DNA of 20,000 nt from an uncultured virus (IMG/VR IMGVR_UViG_3300025889_000100). Taxonomy: Duplodnaviria; Heunggongvirae; Uroviricota; Caudoviricetes. Position numbers and translations under genes: made by a program. Below are positions 7,558 through 15,453 of this stretch, piece after piece. The DNA lies in the IMG/VR virus record IMGVR_UViG_3300025889_000100. One strand, 5' to 3'. The notes under the pieces were generated by a model that was not told where the DNA came from, made no database searches, and saw only the letters and a program-made list of their open reading frames with translations. Positions within the stretch are counted from its first letter, which is position 1; every line of letters starts with the position of its first letter.

Positions 7558-9228
7558 TTATTCCATCTCCTTTGCTTTAAATGCGGCTAAACGAATTGCT
7601 TCTCTTGCACTAGCAGTAATACTAGCGGCTAAATCTACATCAGCCCAACCAAATCCTTGAAAGGCAACAATGCCATAGAACGATGCCATTAATCTTTTTA
7701 CTGCCATTTGATTGTTATACCACTTGACATATTCATTTTTGTTATCATTCTCTCTTGCTTCTTTCATAAGACGCTTATATTCATTTCTTAATTCTTTTAA
7801 TTCAAGAACTGCTCTCGGTAAAAGGCCGAGATTATCTGTCTTATAATAGAGCATTTGTTCTCTATCAGTAATACTGAAATCTCTCGGTGTTAAAATATTT
7901 ACACCAAATTCTGTTGGTTCTTCTGACTTAGTTTCCCATGAAATGTTTCTAGCAATCATCATACTAGGATAAAGACCAGCAAAATCAAAAGCAGCAACAT
8001 TAAGATGTAATCCATTTGTTTCTTCACTTAATGGGTCATAAATCATAGCACCGTCATATTCTTGACGCTTCTCTACTTTTTCACCTGTTGGTGCAATCCA
8101 TGTAGCATTACGCATAAAATAAATTGAACCCATATGACTAGCATAAAAACAAGCATCGAATGGTGCAATCAATAATCTTTGTAGTGCGATAATTGCCTCA
8201 CTACAATAATTTAATTCATCCAATTCTACCATTAGTTCAACATCAACTAAAGCATACTTCAAATATGTATCAGTATCTTCTAACCATGCTCTACGATAAA
8301 ACTCGTTAGGGTCTGGAAACTTTTCTGAAACTAGTTTCTTTCGATTAAGAACTAATTCAGATACATAATCTAAACTCAATGAAGGTAAAGTTCCTCTTTG
8401 TGAATCATTCCATTGACGTTCAAAGGCCATGTCTAAATTGAGGGTAATGCGCCCCTTGATGGGCTGTTCGATACTTCCGAACCCCTTTTCACCATAAAGG
8501 AATTTGTAGCCGTTCTTCGTTGAAACAACGCCCTTTACTTGGCTTACAGGAGATATTACTAAGGGATTCAGACCCAAAGCACACGCTCGCTCAAGTAGTT
8601 TCGGAACATCAGCAAAATTACCAAACCATGAAATAAGCATATCTGGATTTTTGTCCTGAATTGTTTGCATAAAATTTTCAAGCATATCTTTTTCTGAATC
8701 ATACTGAAATAACGATACTTCATGATTATTATAATTGCTATATATTTCTTCATTGATATGAGTATCAGGAAACCATACCCATTGGTAATAAGTTTCATCA
8801 TAATTATCATACATTACAATAGTAGTAATACAATCGTGATATTGTCCACCTTGTTGCCATTCCATATCCCAATACCATTTACGCATTTTATATTCAGGCA
8901 AAGAACCTAAAGTATCAACTGCATATCTAAATGATAAAGGAACATCTGCTTCATATGTCTGAAGAAAACTCTTCTTTGCTATTTTAATATCTTTGGCAGA
9001 TTCAACATATACACGAATAAGTTTTGTTCCTTCAAGATTATACCAATTTCCTTCTTCATAAACAAAATCTCTTTCAATAAACTTTGAAGGTTTGTATGAA
9101 GTTGGCCGCTTTGAATTTACTGAGATGTAGAAATACGGTATAAAATTATCAACCTTTTGTATTAATTCTTCACCGTTTCTCCATGAAGTGTAAATTGTTT
9201 TTCCATTATCTAATGCACTAATTATCAT
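7558..9228 (-). CDS. polB: family B DNA polymerase, N-terminal subunit (N-terminal domain, exonuclease, motifs A and B)
   Basis: Archaeal-type PYFY and YEADVP...RY; ExoI WDME, ExoIII YALVD; motif A DFAGLYPS; motif B QMAVKRLMASFYG; ends ITASAREAIRLAAFKAKEME. Confidence 0.92.
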   Translation of the reverse strand: MIISALDNGKTIYTSWRNGEELIQKVDNFIPYFYISVNSKRPTSYKPSKFIERDFVYEEGNWYNLEGTKLIRVYVESAKDIKIAKKSFLQTYEADVPLSFRYAVDTLGSLPEYKMRKWYWDMEWQQGGQYHDCITTIVMYDNYDETYYQWVWFPDTHINEEIYSNYNNHEVSLFQYDSEKDMLENFMQTIQDKNPDMLISWFGNFADVPKLLERACALGLNPLVISPVSQVKGVVSTKNGYKFLYGEKGFGSIEQPIKGRITLNLDMAFERQWNDSQRGTLPSLSLDYVSELVLNRKKLVSEKFPDPNEFYRRAWLEDTDTYLKYALVDVELMVELDELNYCSEAIIALQRLLIAPFDACFYASHMGSIYFMRNATWIAPTGEKVEKRQEYDGAMIYDPLSEETNGLHLNVAAFDFAGLYPSMMIARNISWETKSEEPTEFGVNILTPRDFSITDREQMLYYKTDNLGLLPRAVLELKELRNEYKRLMKEARENDNKNEYVKWYNNQMAVKRLMASFYGIVAFQGFGWADVDLAASITASAREAIRLAAFKAKEME

Positions 9229-9229
9229 T

Positions 9230-9997
9230 TTAATTCCCCGATGTGAACGGTGCTTTTACTAATTTTCTATCTTCTGAAACAAGAAGTAGTGGAAACTCAT
9301 CTTTCACATAGAAATTAATTTTTGATTTCTTTGGAAAGAACTTATGTAGTGGCCCACTAAATTCTAATGTTGCAGGTTCTCCTGTATTCTGGTCAGGAGT
9401 AATTGTTTCTTTGTATTTATTCTGAATAGTAGAACCTGTTGAAAACTCAACAGAAGTTCCATCATAATCCAACTTATATGCACCATGCTTTGCTAATTCG
9501 CAAGATGAAATGCAATCTGCAAATACTGATTGTTCTAATGTAAAAGCACCTTCAAAATTAGAACTACCAAATTTAGGCAGGGTTTCTATTTCTTCGTCGT
9601 AAGAAATATGCTCAAGCATAGTATTAAGTCGAGTCAATACTGTCATGTTTGGATGATTAACAACCCTTGAAACAGATGCAGTTTTATTATCAGAAGAAAT
9701 CTTAAGAAAATCTTCTCCCTCAAATAAAGTCATGTCTCCAAACTTTTTGAGATATGGGAGAATAACTTGTGTATCACAAATAAAATCTCCATCTTCTGCA
9801 CCTAAAACCTGTAATGTAATATTCATTCCAAAGGTTGCATCACCATTCCAAAGATTAAGAATACGGCCTTCTAAATTCATATAAACATATGAACCCATAG
9901 AATTACTAGAGAATCCTGATGAAGTTAGGTATTTACCTTTTCCTTGAATACTCTCTAATGCTTCTGTAATATCTTTTGTGTTTGTTGCAAACTTCAA
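9230..9997 (-). CDS. PCNA-like DNA sliding clamp (divergent)
   Basis: 255 aa with two repeated alpha/beta domains, PCNA-like start (MKFATNTKDITEAL) and end (FPLLL...LVKAP); adjacent to polB and near RFC. Confidence 0.7.
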   Translation of the reverse strand: MKFATNTKDITEALESIQGKGKYLTSSGFSSNSMGSYVYMNLEGRILNLWNGDATFGMNITLQVLGAEDGDFICDTQVILPYLKKFGDMTLFEGEDFLKISSDNKTASVSRVVNHPNMTVLTRLNTMLEHISYDEEIETLPKFGSSNFEGAFTLEQSVFADCISSCELAKHGAYKLDYDGTSVEFSTGSTIQNKYKETITPDQNTGEPATLEFSGPLHKFFPKKSKINFYVKDEFPLLLVSEDRKLVKAPFTSGN

Positions 9998-10803
9998 ATC
10001 TTTCCCTCCTGCAATTCAGGAATACCGTTCCAAACGATATTTGGTGGCGTTCCTTGTCGAATAGTCCAGCGTGTTCCCACTAAGTTGCCATTAGTTCTTG
10101 AACCAATTAATTCAGCAACAAAGTGTATTTCACCCTTTACCTTTCTCTTAGAACAATGAATCTCTTGTTCTAGTTTTCCGCCCCAATCCTTCCATGCAGG
10201 TTGAATACCCGTAGCAACATTATCTACATACTTTTCAGTTTCGTGAGTAATATAAATTACATCACACTTTAGATTAAAGATTGCTTCAAGCAAATAATAG
10301 AAAGTTTTGTTTCGTGGGCCATACTGATATGGCATCATCTTTGTTACTATTGTTGGATTTGGATTAACTTTGTAAATACATTTTTCAAACCAAGTATCTA
10401 CTCCATCCATTACAAAAATAGGTTTTTCACCGTTTTCAATTTGTCCTCGAACATAACGAATAAAGTCATGTGAGTTTTGTTCAGACGCAGTAATATCAAT
10501 TTTGTTTTCTTTGTCTTGAACAATTGGGTCAAATACTTCAATACGTTCTGTTGCATCATGACATTCAATCCATGTAGATTCAACGCCACTATCCCAATCT
10601 AAAACATAAATCTTACGTTCTGGAAAATCGAGAGCAATACCAGTTTTACCTGTCTTTGGTTCTCCCCAAATTCCAAGAACCATTCGGCTCTTTCTATCCT
10701 TTCTTTTTTGTTCCATAATTTGACGAAAGCGTGAGTTAAATGCTTCTTGCTTTTGTCCAAAATTTGTCTTCTCGTCTTTATTTGTATTATCTGTTATTCC
10801 CAT
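9994..10803 (-). CDS. RecA-fold ATPase (Sak4/RadA-like, AAA_24); start revised to ATG at 10803
   Basis: Walker A GEPKTGKT, LDWDSG, Walker B FVMDG and YITHE motifs; GGTGA RBS at 10809-10813. Confidence 0.8.
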   Translation of the reverse strand: MGITDNTNKDEKTNFGQKQEAFNSRFRQIMEQKRKDRKSRMVLGIWGEPKTGKTGIALDFPERKIYVLDWDSGVESTWIECHDATERIEVFDPIVQDKENKIDITASEQNSHDFIRYVRGQIENGEKPIFVMDGVDTWFEKCIYKVNPNPTIVTKMMPYQYGPRNKTFYYLLEAIFNLKCDVIYITHETEKYVDNVATGIQPAWKDWGGKLEQEIHCSKRKVKGEIHFVAELIGSRTNGNLVGTRWTIRQGTPPNIVWNGIPELQEGKI

Positions 10804-11056
10804 AACTATCACCTAATTCATTTATATCTATATCTAATTCTTTACCATGCATCTTTGTCCATGCCATTACGATAGTTGCTAATTCTAATTTATCGCAAAT
10901 ATATCTTGCTTCCTTTGTTTGGAAATGCATCTTTAGCCAATAAGTTCCGTTTTCTTTCTCATTCTTTCTCCAAGTTAAGAAATCAACATTTGCTAAATCA
11001 ACGATATATGCATCGCCTTTCAAAAGGAATCTTTCTTCTTTTAAATCTGTTGTCAT
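10787..11056 (-). CDS. hypothetical protein
   Basis: Same-strand 89-aa ORF with a GAGG RBS. Confidence 0.75.
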   Translation of the reverse strand: MTTDLKEERFLLKGDAYIVDLANVDFLTWRKNEKENGTYWLKMHFQTKEARYICDKLELATIVMAWTKMHGKELDIDINELGDSYGNNR

Positions 11057-11147
11057 AAAAATTCCTCATTTAATAGGGCTTTGCACCCCTTTGACAGTCA
11101 TCACCAGCCTACTGTTACACTATCCTTTGATTTTAATTATTACCTAA

Positions 11148-12365
11148 TCAAAACCAATCTAAATCGTCTTCAACAATTTCAACTGTTTCTGGTGGCGCAC
11201 CAACACGGTTAGTTACCATTAATCCCGAAACATTGATTGTTACTGCATCAGCAACACCATCAACAATTCTTTGAGATGTTCGACCAACAACAATAACAGA
11301 AGAAGCAATTCCGAAGTCAATATCAATATGGCTAGGAATCCAACAAGTTGTGTAATTCTCACCATCTTCAACAAATTCAGCAGAAAGGTCACTAATGTTA
11401 ATAATTCGATTACCATTCGCAGTTGCGGTCATAGTAATACTATCAACAGAACCATCTGTAATAATAAATCGCTCTCTCGCAGGTAGAGTTTGTCGTTCAA
11501 TATGCGCTCTATCAACATCTGGAAGAGGAACAAGATGACTCTTGAAATTACTTGCTAAACAAGATTCAAAGTCAAAACTTGACATATCTCGATAATCGTC
11601 ACCTTCAGGGTCTACTTCAGTATTGAGCATAAGACTCTTTAAAGTCGTAGTTGTCATACCATAGATTGCAGAACCGTCATCACTAGGAATACATAGGAAA
11701 TGAATCCATTCATAACAATTAGGAGAAAAATCAACAGCAGGTTGATTCTTATATGAAAACATATATGTTTTCATTTCTCCACCTTCTAAAGAACCATAGA
11801 AAATACCAGTTCTTCGGAATTGTTCCAAAGGTAAAGGCTTTCCATAGTTTCGATTCTTTGCACCAGACATATATGTTGGTTGATTATCAAGAGGAATAAT
11901 GGTAGAGCCATCTTCTGTTTCTTCTGCACCATCAGGCAAAGAAGAAACTTTCTTCTCTTCATATTCATTGTTATGATAACGAGCAACAGTCCACGTATTA
12001 TCATCATTCTGTGTAGCAACAGCAACATGGCCGTCTTCTAATGCTCTATCAGAATCACGAAGATATTCTTCTTTTGCTCGATTACGATTCCAACTCATCA
12101 TATCTCTTGGTGCTTCTAAAGCAACAAAGAAACCAAATGCCTTCTTTACTAGAGAATTACTTCCAGTATTAGAAGAATTATTGCTTACTTTCTTCATACG
12201 TTGAACATTTCCAACATATCCACGCCATAGAGCGAGAGCGATTTGAGAATCCTCGCTTGTTGTGTTTTCCTTACAAATCTCCTTAAATTTGTCCATCGCT
12301 TCTTCGACAGACAGTTCAACAATCTTTGCGCCTATTTCAATTTCTTTTTTCAATTTTTCTTGCAT
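11148..12365 (-). CDS. probable ssDNA-binding protein (RPA/OB-fold); start revised to ATG at 12365
   Basis: N-terminal helical domain, OB-like C-terminal region (ITDGSV...RIINISD...VIVVGRT...INVSGL) and acidic-aromatic tail EDDLDWF; GGAAGTGA RBS. Confidence 0.65.
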   Translation of the reverse strand: MQEKLKKEIEIGAKIVELSVEEAMDKFKEICKENTTSEDSQIALALWRGYVGNVQRMKKVSNNSSNTGSNSLVKKAFGFFVALEAPRDMMSWNRNRAKEEYLRDSDRALEDGHVAVATQNDDNTWTVARYHNNEYEEKKVSSLPDGAEETEDGSTIIPLDNQPTYMSGAKNRNYGKPLPLEQFRRTGIFYGSLEGGEMKTYMFSYKNQPAVDFSPNCYEWIHFLCIPSDDGSAIYGMTTTTLKSLMLNTEVDPEGDDYRDMSSFDFESCLASNFKSHLVPLPDVDRAHIERQTLPARERFIITDGSVDSITMTATANGNRIINISDLSAEFVEDGENYTTCWIPSHIDIDFGIASSVIVVGRTSQRIVDGVADAVTINVSGLMVTNRVGAPPETVEIVEDDLDWF

Positions 12366-12398
12366 ACTTTTCACTTCCGTATTTCTTATTTTTTTGTC

Positions 12399-12409
12399 CT
12401 TTATATTAA
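12399..12409 (-). promoter_or_regulatory. possible archaeal TATA box upstream of the SSB-like gene
   Basis: Minus strand TTAATATAAAG lies about 35 nt before the ATG at 12365, at one of few intergenic gaps. Weak evidence in an AT-rich genome. Confidence 0.25.
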
Positions 12410-13312
12410 TTGCCCAACAAACCATGATACTAATACTCTTGGTGTCATAGTTGTTGAACGATATTCGCTTTCTCCTAATGTTCTTAGATATTTAAATTTA
12501 ACATTACTATCTAACCCATTCATGTTTATTACTGCATCGTGTAATCCAATACATATTTCTGAAATATCACGACCTGCATAAATCATATCATGGAGTATAG
12601 AAAGAACTGTTGTATCTTTATTAGTTATCAAATTAATTATTTTTACATATTCTTCTAATGAAATTTCACTTTGCTTTTTGAGTGAAATATTTGAGTATTT
12701 AGCGGCCTGTATTTCGGTTATCGCTCTCCTTAAGTCACCGTTTAGAGTGGCTATAAAGGAACTCAATTCATTATCATCAAATCCAGTTATTTCTTCACGT
12801 TGAAGAATACCTTTCACAACTTCCAATATTCGGTCATTGGATAAAGGTTTAAAATGATAATTAGCACATCTACTTTGGATAGGGTGAATGATTTTGTTTT
12901 TATTATTACAAGTAATAATAAAACGAATGTTATTCGCATAACGTTCCATGATTCTCTTCAAAGCATTCTGAGCATCATTTGTCATTCCTTCCATTTCATC
13001 TAGTAATAGAATCTTAAACGGAACATCACCGATAGTTCCTGTCTGTGCTATTTGTTTGATAAGGGTTCTAACAGTTTCAAGTTTCCTATCATCAGATGCA
13101 TTAATCTCAAAAAAGTTATCTGCCGCATTTTCTCCTAAAATAGAATAAGCCAGTGCTAATCCTGCACCTGTTTTACCTGTCCCTGCTCTCCCATAAAAGA
13201 GAAGATTTGGCATATCTTTTTCTTCAATCCATAATTCAGCATCCATTGTAAAATGTTCTTGTCCTACAATGTCGCCTATTCCTTTTGGTCTATATTTTTC
13301 TGTCCATAACAT
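12401..13312 (-). CDS. rfcS: replication factor C small subunit (clamp loader)
   Basis: LWTEKYRP, DIVGQ, Walker A GRAGTGKT, EINASD, Walker B LLDE, AQNALKRIME and SRC motifs. Confidence 0.95.
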   Translation of the reverse strand: MLWTEKYRPKGIGDIVGQEHFTMDAELWIEEKDMPNLLFYGRAGTGKTGAGLALAYSILGENAADNFFEINASDDRKLETVRTLIKQIAQTGTIGDVPFKILLLDEMEGMTNDAQNALKRIMERYANNIRFIITCNNKNKIIHPIQSRCANYHFKPLSNDRILEVVKGILQREEITGFDDNELSSFIATLNGDLRRAITEIQAAKYSNISLKKQSEISLEEYVKIINLITNKDTTVLSILHDMIYAGRDISEICIGLHDAVINMNGLDSNVKFKYLRTLGESEYRSTTMTPRVLVSWFVGQLI

Positions 13313-13314
13313 TT

Positions 13315-14175
13315 TTATTCACCATTAAAATAATCCGTTAAACTTCTTACCTCTATTCTGGTAGGAGTTCTTTTTGTTCTTCTTTCTTTTTCTTTTAAAC
13401 CCAAAAGTCTAGAATCACCATTGTTAAGTTTGCTTCTTACATACTTAGCAAAGCCTTCATCATTTAGTAATTGTTTTAGTACATTTACATTAGAATTACT
13501 AATGCCTAGTTTTCTTGCTAGGTATGGTTTCTTAGAATAAGATTTACGCTGAGGCATTTTTAATCTACCATAGTTTAGACCATCATGCCTATAGGCAAGC
13601 ATTTCATAAAAATACCTTTGACTCCATCTTCTCTTTACCACACTATCAATAAAAACTAATTTATTAGGATGCACGTTTTCACACAACCATGAAAGAATCT
13701 GAACATCGGGAGGTTTATTGTAAACTAATAATTCAGCCATTAAATCCCTATCAGTTTGCTTAAGATACTCCCTTACAAGAGAATAAGTATCTCTCTTGTA
13801 AAGAACTGGTTCTTCGCTTCTAGGGGCTTTATTCTTAATGGATTCCCTTAAATAATTTTTACCTCCTGCTCTTTTGATTTGACACAGGTTTTTGATTTCT
13901 TTTGGAACATCCTTTTCATTAATAGAGGTCAGAACAATCTGTCCTTTGTAATTTCTAATAACGAACAACACTTCTTCTTTCTTTGCTTTATGATGAATGT
14001 CTTCAATAATAATTCCATCATCAATTGGAATAGAGAATACATCTTTGATTCCCATTTCATTCGCATAAACAATAACAGGATTATTTACAAATGTCTTTGC
14101 TTTTGTTGATTTACCTGTACCTGTTTTTCCTGTTAGAAGTATTGGTCTGTTTCTTTTCATATTTGTTAATCCCAT
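13315..14175 (-). CDS. divergent RFC large subunit-like protein
   Basis: RPILLTGKTGTGKST, degenerate Walker B IIIEDIH, C-terminal PIP-like RSLTDYF; adjacent to rfcS. Confidence 0.65.
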   Translation of the reverse strand: MGLTNMKRNRPILLTGKTGTGKSTKAKTFVNNPVIVYANEMGIKDVFSIPIDDGIIIEDIHHKAKKEEVLFVIRNYKGQIVLTSINEKDVPKEIKNLCQIKRAGGKNYLRESIKNKAPRSEEPVLYKRDTYSLVREYLKQTDRDLMAELLVYNKPPDVQILSWLCENVHPNKLVFIDSVVKRRWSQRYFYEMLAYRHDGLNYGRLKMPQRKSYSKKPYLARKLGISNSNVNVLKQLLNDEGFAKYVRSKLNNGDSRLLGLKEKERRTKRTPTRIEVRSLTDYFNGE

Positions 14176-14573
14176 TATACTACACCTTTTATTTCAAATA
14201 ATCTTTCCATACCCTCTAGGGTTAAATGTTTCTTTTCTGAAATTATATCTACGCATTCTAGAAACGAATTCCATTCTCCCTTTGAATGAGGAAGATTAGG
14301 ATTCACTATTGTCTTTAGAAGATATAAGTTTTTGATTCCACCAATTCTCAGAATAGGCTTGCGCCTTGTAGAATGTTCTTCTGAGCGATATGTAGTTTCA
14401 ATACCGTGTTGTAATAGGCTACGTTGAACTGCTAAAAGAAATTTCGCATCGGCTCGAATATTTAATCTTAAACGTACTCTATATCCAATAGAGGAAGCAT
14501 CAGAAGAAACAATGTTTAAATCCATTTTTGTTGATGAAAGAAGAATACCACATAACATATCTTTACTAAACAT
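14175..14573 (-). CDS. LAGLIDADG homing-endonuclease-fold protein, degenerate active site
   Basis: GYRVRLRLNI strand and the K...F.....I...KHLTLEGM..L..IK tail typical of LAGLIDADG endonucleases. The namesake helix reads LCGILLSST, with no acidic residue. Confidence 0.7.
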   Translation of the reverse strand: MFSKDMLCGILLSSTKMDLNIVSSDASSIGYRVRLRLNIRADAKFLLAVQRSLLQHGIETTYRSEEHSTRRKPILRIGGIKNLYLLKTIVNPNLPHSKGEWNSFLECVDIISEKKHLTLEGMERLFEIKGVV

Positions 14574-15025
14574 TAAAGTTCCTCCACATACTTTGAATTA
14601 TCGGGCCAATAACCATTAGGGTCTTGGCTAGGATGCATTTCCCACCAATACATATGTGCGGGAGTAATTGTTTTATGACCAAGTTCTTCTGCATTTTCTT
14701 CTGCGGCAACAACTAAATCTTCAATTGCTCCTTCCATCCATACCTTTAGAAAGGCAATAAAATCTCTTGAAATAGGCATATCAGTATATTCTTTAACCAT
14801 AGCCCTTAGTGAAATTTTACCACTACGATTAAACTTAGGTAAAGAGGGTTTCTCAGGAATAATAAACTCTCCTTCTTCATTGAAGAATGGAACTAATTCA
14901 ACTTTCATTTTTCTTGGCCGACCTTGTGGATTTACAACATCCTTTAGATGAGCCATTCCTTCTTCTATGCGAATTACTGAATAAGTAATTCTATCGAGAA
15001 CAGTTAAATCTCCTTTCTTAATCAT
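14573..15025 (-). CDS. histone-fold protein with an extra N-terminal beta-rich domain
   Basis: Residues ~70-125 (LRAMVKEYTDMPISRDFIAFLKVWMEGAIEDLVVAAEENAEELGHKTITPAHM) follow the histone-fold pattern, including the A...A...G(R/H)KT(I/V) loop. Confidence 0.75.
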   Translation of the reverse strand: MIKKGDLTVLDRITYSVIRIEEGMAHLKDVVNPQGRPRKMKVELVPFFNEEGEFIIPEKPSLPKFNRSGKISLRAMVKEYTDMPISRDFIAFLKVWMEGAIEDLVVAAEENAEELGHKTITPAHMYWWEMHPSQDPNGYWPDNSKYVEEL

Positions 15026-15453
15026 TCTTCTTCCTCCTGTATTCCTTGCATTAGAACCGATTTTACAACTTCATAGTCTGCTTCTTTCTCAAGAACCTGA
15101 ATAGCCAGTTTGAATACTTGGCGTAGTCTATACATTTCATTAGTTGTTTGGGTCAATTTAGGAGTATTCCAAACTCTCTTTTGTTCTTCAAAGTCTAAAA
15201 AATCATCAATGTCGCTATCTTGAATTTTCAATTCCTTAAGAATCTTAACGTTAGTTTGAGTAAGAATTGCTTCTTCTCCATCCTCAATACGAATGTCATA
15301 TAGTCTTTTGTGTAAAAGAAAAAGTTCTCGCTGAATAGACCTAATCTTTCCATAATGAGTACCTATGAATCTCCCTACTCCTTTTCTAGACAATTTAGAA
15401 ATTTCATATATTTGCCCTTTATCATTTACTACATATCCATTTACATAAGTCAT
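15022..15453 (-). CDS. hypothetical protein
   Basis: 143-aa ORF coupled to both neighbours by 4-nt overlaps. Confidence 0.75.
   Translation of the reverse strand: MTYVNGYVVNDKGQIYEISKLSRKGVGRFIGTHYGKIRSIQRELFLLHKRLYDIRIEDGEEAILTQTNVKILKELKIQDSDIDDFLDFEEQKRVWNTPKLTQTTNEMYRLRQVFKLAIQVLEKEADYEVVKSVLMQGIQEEEE

Noticed and set aside
11060..11147. tRNA, C/D box sRNA, or c-di-GMP/cobalamin riboswitch
   Set aside because: Only fragments resemble these (GGTGCAAAGCC, GTGATGA). There is no cloverleaf, no box D CTGA and none of the other required riboswitch elements.
8568..12028. Alternative-frame minus-strand ORFs 8568-8810 and 11786-12028
   Set aside because: Nested inside polB-N and the SSB-like gene, with no motifs or obvious RBS; probably chance.
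14175..14573. Active homing endonuclease or mobile intron
   Set aside because: The catalytic acidic residue is absent and neither neighbouring gene is interrupted.
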